Below are positions 10,288 to 18,348 of a DNA stretch of 64,000 nucleotides, one piece after another. Location: the IMG/VR virus record IMGVR_UViG_3300025018_000138, positions 10,816-74,815 of that record, one strand, 5' to 3'. Position numbers and translations under genes: made by a program. Each line of letters begins with the position of its first letter. Positions within the stretch are counted from its first letter, which is position 1. The notes beneath the pieces were generated by a model. It had not been told where the DNA came from. It made no database searches and saw only the letters and a list, made by a program, of their open reading frames with translations. The DNA comes from a virus. Its lineage: Duplodnaviria > Caudoviricetes.

Positions 10288-11121
10288 TCATTTATTAGTT
10301 GGGATTAATTTCATACCATAATTATCAATTTCATCTGATAATTCTAAACCATCGATACGAATCAATTTATTATTTTTAAAAGGTTTATAATTTACTTCAT
10401 GATGCCATCTATCATATCTCCAAACCTTTTTAACGACATCGGGGTGTTGAGACACTAAAGAGTCTACGAATTCACTTCTATGCTCATCAGCTTCATATAT
10501 GGGAGTATTACCACCACTTGTAGTCATTGTTGCATCTTTATCACCTGAGAATGCATTAAAGTTTACCGTACAATATCCATCTTTAAGCATACGTAAACAA
10601 ATATCAGTATCATCATTGAAAATACCTCTCCATTTATAAGGGAGTTCATTGTTTACTAAACTCATAGAATATACTCTACTGTTTAAAATATATGGTGGTC
10701 TACCATCAGGTATAGCATAATTCATATAGTTCAACCCTGCCATAGAAACATTAGTATATCTATCAACAAAATCTTCTACGCATCTAAATATCACATGTGT
10801 TAATACTTTATTCCTTTTATTGTTATTTAATCTATAAAAAGCTTTAACATTATCATCAAATTGCCAATGTCTTTTATGACCTTCTGATATTGAATGTTCT
10901 TTAATCCAATTCCTTGTAGTTACTAATTGGCTTGATTCATTCGGTTTTGAATAAGGCAAAACCAATATTTGATTATCACTTAATACGGTTTTATATAACT
11001 CATATTCTTGTGGTTCAATTACTACTCTAAAATCTGCATTCATTTCTAATAATGCATTTACAGTTTTTCTAGAATTAAATCTACCTTTAGTTGGTATATA
11101 AATTGGATATTTATTCTTCAT
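10288..11121 (-). CDS. TET-associated/GREB1-like glycosyltransferase (DNA base hypermodification type)
   Basis: YPIYIPTKGR, RNWIKEH, HWQFDDN, FNDDTDICLR, GGNT motifs. Confidence 0.8.
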   Translation of the reverse strand: MKNKYPIYIPTKGRFNSRKTVNALLEMNADFRVVIEPQEYELYKTVLSDNQILVLPYSKPNESSQLVTTRNWIKEHSISEGHKRHWQFDDNVKAFYRLNNNKRNKVLTHVIFRCVEDFVDRYTNVSMAGLNYMNYAIPDGRPPYILNSRVYSMSLVNNELPYKWRGIFNDDTDICLRMLKDGYCTVNFNAFSGDKDATMTTSGGNTPIYEADEHRSEFVDSLVSQHPDVVKKVWRYDRWHHEVNYKPFKNNKLIRIDGLELSDEIDNYGMKLIPTNK

Positions 11122-11380
11122 CTTCAGATATGTATACGAATTCAGATGGTCGTGGGTCTAATGGATACCAAGTAGTATAATTATTTTTAACTTGTTTTCC
11201 ATCGATAACTCTTTTTCCATTATACAATTGTTCTTTTACAATTGCCATGAACGAATCATAATCATCTTTATTTTTAAATTTAAAAGTTACTGTGACTTCG
11301 GGGTCGTTTGGTTTTTCATTTATATATTCAGGCATATTGAGCCACTCATCTTTCCAATTGTGTGTTTCATGTTTTGACAT
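11111..11380 (-). CDS. small protein coupled to the glycosyltransferase
   Basis: WxxMPEY...TWYP pattern; overlaps the start of the GT. Confidence 0.55.
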   Translation of the reverse strand: MSKHETHNWKDEWLNMPEYINEKPNDPEVTVTFKFKNKDDYDSFMAIVKEQLYNGKRVIDGKQVKNNYTTWYPLDPRPSEFVYISEDEE

Positions 11381-11383
11381 ATT

Positions 11384-11674
11384 TTATGAATATTTTTTTT
11401 GTAATTCTGCTAATAGTTTTAATTCTCGTTCTTTGTCTTTTTCTAGTTTTGTATGTTCTTCTTTAAGACGAAGTGTATATTCGTCATCCGTTTCATATCT
11501 TTCTGAATAAAACTGAACAATTATTCTACCATCCGACCTAGTATACAAAGATGTATGGGTAGCACCCATTAGTTCTGCATCATCTAAATCTTTTCTAATA
11601 TCATGTATTGTTTTATTTGCATACGTGTCCCACTCAGGATATATATTGAGATTAAATCGTTTAAGTTGTTTCAT
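11384..11674 (-). CDS. hypothetical protein
   Basis: 96-aa ORF, coiled-coil C-terminus. Confidence 0.55.
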   Translation of the reverse strand: MKQLKRFNLNIYPEWDTYANKTIHDIRKDLDDAELMGATHTSLYTRSDGRIIVQFYSERYETDDEYTLRLKEEHTKLEKDKERELKLLAELQKKYS

Positions 11675-12135
11675 TTCTGTTCCGTATGCATAACAAACAT
11701 ATCATATAGTTGTCGTATTGAAATTTCGGGGTTCTTTGGATATCTAGATACTTTAGGCATCTCAGGATTCCATTCTTGCGTTGGTATATTTCTAAGATTT
11801 CTTAATACATAGTAAATAAATGCAGTAGGCATATCGTATTCGGGTAATTCCTCAACTTGTTTACCAAATGACCATTTACAATGTTTAGTATAATATCCAT
11901 ATTTCCAACACTCCGTTGGATGAATACCAATCAGTACTTCTTTTAAATCAGTCCATCTATATAATTCGGATTCATATGTTGCATTTAAAATTATTACATA
12001 TACATCAACATAATTATGTGGGTCATAATCATCTAATTTTAAAATTTGTTTTAAATCTTCCCAAACATCATCAGTTTTTTTATACCAACCTTTAGCATAA
12101 AGAATTACATGTGTTAATTTAAATTTATTTTTCAT
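11671..12135 (-). CDS. hypothetical phage protein
   Basis: 154-aa ORF, 4-nt overlap with next gene. Confidence 0.6.
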   Translation of the reverse strand: MKNKFKLTHVILYAKGWYKKTDDVWEDLKQILKLDDYDPHNYVDVYVIILNATYESELYRWTDLKEVLIGIHPTECWKYGYYTKHCKWSFGKQVEELPEYDMPTAFIYYVLRNLRNIPTQEWNPEMPKVSRYPKNPEISIRQLYDMFVMHTEQK

Positions 12136-12260
12136 GATATTAAATATTATTTGGTGACATTAAGATGACTGTACCCACCCATGATGTTATGTTTAATTTT
12201 ACTAATTTTACAGCACTTGACATGTTTTAAATTTTAAAAGTTATTTGTTTAGTTTTAGTT

Positions 12261-12289
12261 AATATACTTAAACAGACAATAAATGTCAA
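12261..12289 (-). promoter_or_regulatory. sigma70-type promoter
   Basis: TTGACA-N17-TATATT. Confidence 0.7.
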
Positions 12290-12308
12290 TACGAAATTTT
12301 AAAAAATG

Positions 12309-12385
12309 TACCCACGACAAGATTCGAATCTTGTATGTATCCATTACACTTTCGACACGTTCGTAGCGTGAGGTGATACGTGGGC
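12309..12385 (-). ncRNA. rearranged tRNA-like RNA, anticodon ACG (Arg), copy 1
   Basis: acceptor GCCCACG/CGTGGGT, anticodon arm CACG-CTACGAA-CGTG, T arm with TTCGAAT; no D arm; D-loop-like AATGGA placed after the anticodon arm. Confidence 0.7.
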
Positions 12386-12443
12386 ATATGTTTTTATCAC
12401 CATTCCTCGTCCAATCGAGTCTAAAACTATGACATTTGATAAA

Positions 12444-12770
12444 TTATCTAAATGTAATAGTTTTAGTTTCAATTGGACTTCCATCGGAATTCTTTTCAAC
12501 AATGTTTAATTCTCTTTCCATTTCCCATAAAAGTTCTTCCATTTTAAGTTGTAACTGCTGTACCTTGTTGTAATCAATTTGTCTTGATGGTGTCATTTTA
12601 TTTTGTGTTTGTTTAACACAATTTGGACTTGCACCTGATAACAATGCAATTGATAGCAGTGTTCTGAAATTTGAATGTTCACTTCCAATACCTCTATCAT
12701 TTGATAATGATATTGATAAGTTTACTTTTTGTTTTTTAACTTCTATTTTGTCAAGAGAAACGGCTTTCAT
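12444..12770 (-). CDS. hypothetical protein
   Basis: 108-aa ORF with its own promoter. Confidence 0.6.
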   Translation of the reverse strand: MKAVSLDKIEVKKQKVNLSISLSNDRGIGSEHSNFRTLLSIALLSGASPNCVKQTQNKMTPSRQIDYNKVQQLQLKMEELLWEMERELNIVEKNSDGSPIETKTITFR

Positions 12771-12811
12771 ATTTTTAATCCTTTGTGTGTTTGGTTACTT
12801 ACTACATCACT

Positions 12812-12840
12812 AATATACAAACAAAAACATCAAAAGTCAA
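12812..12840 (-). promoter_or_regulatory. sigma70-type promoter
   Basis: TTGACT-N17-TATATT. Confidence 0.7.
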
Positions 12841-12867
12841 CCCTTTTTATTAAAATTTTAAAAAATG

Positions 12868-12944
12868 TACCCACGACAAGATTCGAATCTTGTATGTATC
12901 CATTACACTTTCGACACGTTCGTAGCGTGAGGTGATACATGGGC
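12868..12944 (-). ncRNA. rearranged tRNA-like RNA, anticodon ACG (Arg), copy 2
   Basis: identical to copy 1 except a C-to-T change giving a U-G wobble in the acceptor stem. Confidence 0.7.
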
Positions 12945-12951
12945 ATATTAA

Positions 12952-13185
12952 TTATTTTGTATCTGCATCTAATTGTTTTACTAATTTGTAAAAAGTATCT
13001 TTATTAATTCCATGTGTTAACATTATCAATGCAGTATATTCATGTTTGTTGTACATATATTTATTATCAACAGCAAGTGTAGTATTATTATGCTGTGTTT
13101 GTACTGATTGTATTAATGGATTTTCTATGTTAAATATTGTTTTCATATAGTGAATTATTAGTTGATTAAAAAAGAAACATATCAA
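12952..13185 (-). CDS. hypothetical protein (start probably at MKTIF)
   Basis: short ORF. Confidence 0.45.
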   Translation of the reverse strand: MICFFFNQLIIHYMKTIFNIENPLIQSVQTQHNNTTLAVDNKYMYNKHEYTALIMLTHGINKDTFYKLVKQLDADTK

Positions 13186-13377
13186 ATTACTGCTTTACCT
13201 ATCAATGATTAATATCAAGGTTCTGTACTTTCTTCTTATTTCGTTGCGTATTTAACGCCTACGACTTATAGATTTCCTCCGAGTGCACCTTCCTATATTT
13301 GCGCAGTAGGCGATGCTCTTACGGTCAGCACTATTAAAGTCTTGGCAAGCTACTCCAAGTCATAATAAGATATGTTT
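13175..13377 (-). ncRNA. candidate structured ncRNA (~200 nt), family unknown
   Basis: closed by 9-bp AAACATATC/GATATGTTT stem; several GC-rich internal helices; no ORF. Confidence 0.5.
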
Positions 13378-13382
13378 AACTG

Positions 13383-13454
13383 TACTCAGTATTGGAATCG
13401 AACCAATATTAAAGGCTTAGAAGTCCCTTGTACTATCCATTGTACGAACTGAGC
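13383..13454 (-). tRNA. tRNA-Arg(TCT)
   Basis: cloverleaf, loop CTTCTAA, T-loop TTCGATT. Confidence 0.9.
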
Positions 13455-13526
13455 ATAAAAAGCAGTAACATAATATCATCACGACATGATGTTACTTATT
13501 CCTAATGATATAGGAATATAATCGAG

Positions 13527-13612
13527 CGGAAAGCACCATAGTTGAAATGGATGGCTTTGACACCACAATCTGTTTAGCAAACAGTTACAAGCACCTACTT
13601 GTTTTACTTTCC
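13527..13612 (-). tRNA. tRNA-Ser(GCT) with 8/4 acceptor/T-stem structure
   Basis: 8-bp GGAAAGTA/TGCTTTCC, 4-bp T stem CCAT/ATGG, loop TTGCTAA, long V arm, G73. Confidence 0.75.
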
Positions 13613-13683
13613 AATTAAAAACAGAAAGTCATTGGAAACTTTCATACCTATGTTTTTATCACCATTCCTCGTCCAATCGAGTC

Positions 13684-13914
13684 TTATTTTAATAATGATA
13701 AATTATATTCATTTAGATATTGTTCAACATATTTTTTATCAAGTTTGATATTAACACTGACAATATGACCCGATGAATTATGTTTGTATCTATTAAATAA
13801 TTCATCTGATTCTATATCGTGAAAAACATCAATAAATTCAAAATCCACATCATGTTGTTTCTTACTTTTATATGCAAGAAATTCTTTATATTCATCGACT
13901 GTTATATATGGCAT
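13684..13914 (-). CDS. hypothetical protein
   Basis: 76-aa ORF between tRNAs. Confidence 0.55.
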   Translation of the reverse strand: MPYITVDEYKEFLAYKSKKQHDVDFEFIDVFHDIESDELFNRYKHNSSGHIVSVNIKLDKKYVEQYLNEYNLSLLK

Positions 13915-13937
13915 AGTATTCCAAAAGTGATAATTTG

Positions 13938-14012
13938 TACATCATATCAGATTCGAACTGATACTACCAAGTTTCTAAGACTTGTGACTCCTACCGATTG
14001 GTCTAATGATGC
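13938..14012 (-). tRNA. tRNA-Leu(TAG), short variable loop
   Basis: CAAGT-CTTAGAA-ACTTG; T arm TTCGAAT. Confidence 0.8.
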
Positions 14013-14017
14013 AAGTG

Positions 14018-14091
14018 TACTCTTGGACAGATTCGAACTGTCATTCAACAAATTTTAAGTCTGTTGGCGTTACCATTTAGCCTACAAGAGC
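14018..14091 (-). tRNA. tRNA-Leu(TAA), short variable loop
   Basis: ACAGA-CTTAAAA-TTTGT; T arm TTCGAAT. Confidence 0.8.
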
Positions 14092-14206
14092 ATTAAAGCG
14101 CTTATCACGAATCTCACGACATGATGATAAGCTTTCCATAAGATACTGAATATGTTTTAATATACATATGTTTTATTCTAATGTCAATATATCAACGAAC
14201 TTTTTG

Positions 14207-14290
14207 AGGAAGATGTGGGATTTGAACCCACGGGACAAGATGCCCTTTAGTTTTCAGGACTAACGCAATAATCCACTCTGCCAATCTTCC
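14207..14290 (-). tRNA. tRNA-Ser(TGA), atypical C33 and U73
   Basis: TTAGT-CCTGAAA-ACTAA, long V arm, acceptor GGAAGAT/ATCTTCC. Confidence 0.75.
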
Positions 14291-14293
14291 TTA

Positions 14294-14560
14294 TTAAATA
14301 CCATCGCCATCTAACATGTTAAGACGAACAGTTTCATCTTCACCGATTAGATAAATTCTATTTATGAATTCACCATTTTCATCCGTTTTACCATTCCAAC
14401 CTTCTGGGTGTGAATGAATTTCAACACAATATTCCCAACATAATGTTTGGACTTTACTTATAAATTCTTTCATTTTAGGTGATGTGTTATTTTTCATATG
14501 TATTTGTGTTTGTGTTATGTTTTCAATGTTGCCCGAACAAGATTCGAACTTGTACACCAT
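14294..14560 (-). CDS. hypothetical protein (true start probably downstream of tRNA-Gln, at MKNN)
   Basis: ORF in tRNA cluster; its 5' part overlaps tRNA-Gln. Confidence 0.5.
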   Translation of the reverse strand: MVYKFESCSGNIENITQTQIHMKNNTSPKMKEFISKVQTLCWEYCVEIHSHPEGWNGKTDENGEFINRIYLIGEDETVRLNMLDGDGI

Positions 14561-14600
14561 AATTCAAAGTTATGTTTCCTGCCAATTAGAATATCGAGCA
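14529..14600 (-). tRNA. tRNA-Gln(TTG)
   Basis: CATAA-CTTTGAA-TTATG; U1-A72. Confidence 0.9.
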
Positions 14601-14613
14601 ATGTATTTGTATG

Positions 14614-14688
14614 TAGCGTAGGGGGGATTTGAACCCCCAGTCTCCTGTTCCCAAAACAGGCGGAATAACCGAATTATCCTACTACACT
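14614..14688 (-). tRNA. tRNA-Pro(TGG)
   Basis: CCTGT-TTTGGGA-ACAGG. Confidence 0.88.
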
Positions 14689-14730
14689 ATTTATTATAAA
14701 ATCAATTGTTATTTAAATAAATCAAGGAAC

Positions 14731-14766
14731 AAAAAAAGTCATGCACCTTTTCGAGATACATGACTT
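14731..14766 (-). terminator. terminator hairpin ahead of tRNA cluster 1
   Basis: AAGTCATGTATC/GGTGCATGACTT followed by T-run. Confidence 0.75.
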
Positions 14767-14797
14767 AAAATCTATTTAAAGTATACACATATCTCTC

Positions 14798-14866
14798 TCA
14801 GCACAACAACGGTTGTGAATGTCTACGTAGACTTAAAGATGATAATATGTATGTTTTGTTTTCCAT
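14798..14866 (-). CDS. putative 22-aa leader peptide MENKTYILSSLSLRRHSQPLLC
   Basis: short ORF directly upstream of the terminator. Confidence 0.35.
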   Translation of the reverse strand: MENKTYILSSLSLRRHSQPLLC

Positions 14867-14918
14867 GAATAGTAATTATAGTATTTTTTTATTTAAATCA
14901 ATTTTTTCTTAAAAAAAA

Positions 14919-15188
14919 TTAAAAATCTTTTTGGATGTCAATGTAATCGTCTCTATCCACATCAAGCAAGTCTTCTTCAAACTCACGATTTAGAAAGGAT
15001 TTAAACCTTTCTACTAAAGCTTTTTTAGTTGCTTTAACAGCATCTTCTTCCGCATTTACAAAATCAAAGGAATCGGGGATTGATGTTGTAGTTTCGATAT
15101 TGGCAGAGTCAACTGTTTTAATAGTATCTTTTACTTTTAAAAGACCTTTTGCAGTCCATGTAATTTCAAATTTTGCTGATTTAATCAT
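14919..15188 (-). CDS. hypothetical protein
   Basis: 89-aa ORF. Confidence 0.55.
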   Translation of the reverse strand: MIKSAKFEITWTAKGLLKVKDTIKTVDSANIETTTSIPDSFDFVNAEEDAVKATKKALVERFKSFLNREFEEDLLDVDRDDYIDIQKDF

Positions 15189-15217
15189 AGTTTTTTTGTA
15201 ATTTAGGGGATTGTGTT

Positions 15218-15646
15218 TTATTTTTGAATAGCAGGTGCAATTTGTATTGCTTCGATTAATTGTTCTAAGAATTTTTCATCAAATACATCTTTAAGAGTAG
15301 TGATTCCTAATTTTTCTAAAATGTAAAATTCCATATGCGATGCCAATGCAGAATCTACAATTTGATTTAACAAATGTGCATTTTCTTGTGTAGGTTGATA
15401 TCCTAACAGTGATGCTTTACGCATTAACGTTGCAACAACAATCTGTCTGATGTCATTAAACTCTTGCTTCATTTTAGGAATAGGAGCAAGTTTTGAGGAT
15501 GGTTGGGTAATGGAAGATTCTTCAACTGTATCTATATCTGTATCTGTATCTGTATCATCGTCCGAAATGACGAGAGGAATTTGGTTTTCGGATACATCTT
15601 CGTTGATAGAATCTTCGTTGATAGAATCTAGGTCTAGTAATTTCAT
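15218..15646 (-). CDS. hypothetical acidic protein
   Basis: 142 aa; SINED tandem and DT repeats. Confidence 0.55.
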   Translation of the reverse strand: MKLLDLDSINEDSINEDVSENQIPLVISDDDTDTDTDIDTVEESSITQPSSKLAPIPKMKQEFNDIRQIVVATLMRKASLLGYQPTQENAHLLNQIVDSALASHMEFYILEKLGITTLKDVFDEKFLEQLIEAIQIAPAIQK

Positions 15647-15674
15647 GTGTAAGTTTTTAAGTGTTTATAAAAGT

Positions 15675-16475
15675 TTAATATAAATTAAAAATACGTGCGA
15701 TTGCAATAGCAGATAAAACATCTGCACCATATTTTTCTAATTGAAATACAACATTCTTAATATACTGAGCTTTTTCGAAAAAGTCAACAACAATAACAAC
15801 TTTTTTATTTTTTATTTTAGATATTTGTTTTTCATCTATCGTTAATAAACCGTTTAAAAATGATTGTTGTTTAGCAGGTATATTCATATCTGCAAAACTA
15901 TAATCTCGGTCTTCACGATTTAATGTTTGTATTTTTTTATTTAGCATATCTTTAACATCAGATGGTGTATTTTTCATTAATGATAAGTCACTACCATCAA
16001 CAACATTCTCTTTAGTAAAGATATTATCATATCGAGCGGATACACCATTAGTTAGTTTTAAGAAGAATCTGTTGTAAATATCAGTATCATTATTAATACC
16101 AACTGCTACTACATCTTCTTCTAAAACTCCATTTTTAGTTAAGAATTTCTTCATTTCAGTAGCTGATAAATCTACCCAATTCCTAATGTATTCATTATTC
16201 AATGATTGTGCTTTCATATTGTTAGCAAATTCATTTGTTGATTTATATTTAGGTGGTAGTTCATCTTTTTTAATTTTATAAGTATAAAACACAGTAAGCA
16301 TTTCGGATTTAATAACACCAATATGTGGGACAAATTCTTTAGAATTTTGTTTACCGAGATTGGTCATATTCGTTGTATTATTTCCTGCATCAATATAAAT
16401 TGTCCCATCTTGTAATGTATCGATAGGACTGGTTGATTTTGGAGATTCTAATGGTTTTTGTGTTTTATCTGCCAT
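15675..16475 (-). CDS. degenerate type I phosphoribosyltransferase-like protein
   Basis: C-terminal KNKKVVIVVDFF...LEKYGADVLSAIAI resembles the PRTase core but lacks DD/TTG. Confidence 0.45.
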   Translation of the reverse strand: MADKTQKPLESPKSTSPIDTLQDGTIYIDAGNNTTNMTNLGKQNSKEFVPHIGVIKSEMLTVFYTYKIKKDELPPKYKSTNEFANNMKAQSLNNEYIRNWVDLSATEMKKFLTKNGVLEEDVVAVGINNDTDIYNRFFLKLTNGVSARYDNIFTKENVVDGSDLSLMKNTPSDVKDMLNKKIQTLNREDRDYSFADMNIPAKQQSFLNGLLTIDEKQISKIKNKKVVIVVDFFEKAQYIKNVVFQLEKYGADVLSAIAIARIFNLY

Positions 16476-16481
16476 GTTGTT

Positions 16482-16814
16482 TTATCTACTATTTCGTTGG
16501 TGTTTGCGTCTATTACTTTTCAGTTTAAACTTATTCAAAGAGTGTTCATTCCATTCTACACGGATTATTTTATCTTTACTTGATACTTCAGCATGTCTTT
16601 TTAGACCTTCGGAAATATTATAAGTAATGATACCCATCCATTCATCAAAAGTTACTGAATTTTTACTTTTAATATATACTCTATCCAACTTTTTTTTCAT
16701 TTTATCTGATTGCATAATATATTTTTGACGTAGAGCAACTAAATCTACATCTTTAAGTTCTTCTTCTGTTTTTCCGCTTGTAAATAAGCGCATATATTGA
16801 TTAGGTGTTAGCAT
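16482..16814 (-). CDS. hypothetical protein
   Basis: 110-aa ORF. Confidence 0.55.
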   Translation of the reverse strand: MLTPNQYMRLFTSGKTEEELKDVDLVALRQKYIMQSDKMKKKLDRVYIKSKNSVTFDEWMGIITYNISEGLKRHAEVSSKDKIIRVEWNEHSLNKFKLKSNRRKHQRNSR

Positions 16815-16844
16815 GTTAAGCCTTTATTGTTAATTGTTAAGTGT

Positions 16845-17243
16845 TTAAATTAATTCTTCATCTTCATCTTCTTCATCAAATAAATCTTCATCTTCCTCTT
16901 CTTCATCAGACCAATCTGCTAATCTTGTATACTTATATTTAAATTTAATATCTGTATTTCTTAGCGTTTGCCAAAATTGAGAACCATGTGATGGTGCATT
17001 TAATAATGTAATGAATACTCGAATGGGTATTCTAAAATATTGGTATTCAGAACCGAATGTAGCTCTTTCACCCTTGGTTTTATTATCACCTTTGAATCTA
17101 ATTCGTAATAATTTTTCTGTTGGTAAATATAACAACGAGTGGATATTAGAAGATTCAACTTCTACATATTTCCCATATAGTAATTTCACATTTCTATATG
17201 TTACTCTAACATTTACCGCTTCTAATAATAGGTCTTTTAACAT
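16845..17243 (-). CDS. KTSC-domain protein with acidic tail
   Basis: VESSNIHSLLY...LRIRF...YQYFRIP...LLNAPSHG. Confidence 0.8.
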   Translation of the reverse strand: MLKDLLLEAVNVRVTYRNVKLLYGKYVEVESSNIHSLLYLPTEKLLRIRFKGDNKTKGERATFGSEYQYFRIPIRVFITLLNAPSHGSQFWQTLRNTDIKFKYKYTRLADWSDEEEEDEDLFDEEDEDEELI

Positions 17244-17258
17244 ATTATTAATTATTAG

Positions 17259-17903
17259 TTATTTCGAAAAATTGATAAATCGATTTATATTATATGTCGA
17301 TTCTTCTATTTCAGATAGAATTGGAATAACATCATTTGTATGTTCACAAACTAATGCATCCAAATTATATTGTTTTTTTAATAACATGGGTGAATAATTT
17401 TTGTTATGTTCAGCACGTATTAAAATTTTAGTAGTTGAATATACAGATTCGATTAAATTTTTCTGATAATCATCAATAATAATATTTGCCTTATATAATC
17501 CTTTACTATCACTAATCAGATTTAAACGATTTGCAATATCTTCATTAAAATGAAATTTTAACCATTCGTATTTTTGTTTATAAATAGATTTATATTTTTC
17601 TTTTTTTGTTCCCGAACAACTAGATAATATTTGAAAATCAAATATATCATTTGAATTAATTAAATATGTTATCAACTCTGTTGCACCTTTTTTTATTGGA
17701 ACATCATAAAAAAATCCATCATAATCAAAATATTTAAAAATTTTATGACCATAAATTGAATGCTTATGTGCATCCCAAGTTTTAAATTTAATAATTTCAC
17801 CCGTTTCTAAATAATGAAGACGTTTCCAATGCGAACTTAATGAATTTAAAACATCATCTAAATCTACATTAATAGTAATTTTGTCGTTGTTCAATTTATA
17901 CAT
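17259..17903 (-). CDS. 5'(3')-deoxyribonucleotidase (NT5C, HAD)
   Basis: VDLDDVL, KYEWLKFHF, IIIDD motifs. Confidence 0.85.
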   Translation of the reverse strand: MYKLNNDKITINVDLDDVLNSLSSHWKRLHYLETGEIIKFKTWDAHKHSIYGHKIFKYFDYDGFFYDVPIKKGATELITYLINSNDIFDFQILSSCSGTKKEKYKSIYKQKYEWLKFHFNEDIANRLNLISDSKGLYKANIIIDDYQKNLIESVYSTTKILIRAEHNKNYSPMLLKKQYNLDALVCEHTNDVIPILSEIEESTYNINRFINFSK

Positions 17904-17905
17904 AG

Positions 17906-18346
17906 TTATATTCTATCAATTTTAAATATATTAATATAATATTTATGAATAAAATAATCAAGATACGATTTAAAATTAAACAATAAAGTTAATGTGTATG
18001 TAGTATTAGTTTTTTTTACCAATAAATGTGTAATTAAGACATCATTGGTTTCTTCTTGAATCACTAAAAAATCATTTGTATTTATATGTGTAATAATTTT
18101 TAAATCATCTACTACGTATGGGCGTATTAATATCGAACCTTTGGTTAATACTGTAGGACAAATATTCATTATCGTTTTAGTTTTATAAAAAGTATTCCAA
18201 AAACTATTTGCATTGAATAGATATTTTTCCTTTTGAATCTCCGTTAATGTCATACTAATGCTTGTCAAATGTTTAAAAGCATTAGTATTTTTAATCGGTA
18301 GTAAAGGAATAATATTTTTTTTTAAAAAATCAGATGAATATTTCAT
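17906..18346 (-). CDS. hypothetical protein
   Basis: 146-aa ORF in operon. Confidence 0.5.
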   Translation of the reverse strand: MKYSSDFLKKNIIPLLPIKNTNAFKHLTSISMTLTEIQKEKYLFNANSFWNTFYKTKTIMNICPTVLTKGSILIRPYVVDDLKIITHINTNDFLVIQEETNDVLITHLLVKKTNTTYTLTLLFNFKSYLDYFIHKYYINIFKIDRI

Positions 18347-18348
18347 TA

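Larger units (their letters stand above)
12294..12948. repeat. 96-bp direct repeat pair (12294-12389 and 12853-12948, 1 mismatch)
   Basis: direct sequence comparison; flanks ORF 12444-12770 and its promoter. Confidence 0.95.
12388..13684. repeat. 35-bp exact direct repeat pair (12388-12422 and 13650-13684)
   Basis: ATGTTTTTATCACCATTCCTCGTCCAATCGAGTCT at both sites. Confidence 0.95.

Noticed and set aside
13175-13377. RNase P RNA or tmRNA assignment
   Set aside because: Only partial word matches; size and element spacing do not fit, and there is no tmRNA acceptor or tag ORF.
12294-14132. CRISPR array
   Set aside because: Repeats occur only in pairs with irregular spacing, and there are no cas genes.
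15535-15630. Short tandem repeats (GTATCT)n and a 15-bp duplicate
   Set aside because: In-frame low-complexity coding (DT and SINED repeats); no regulatory evidence.
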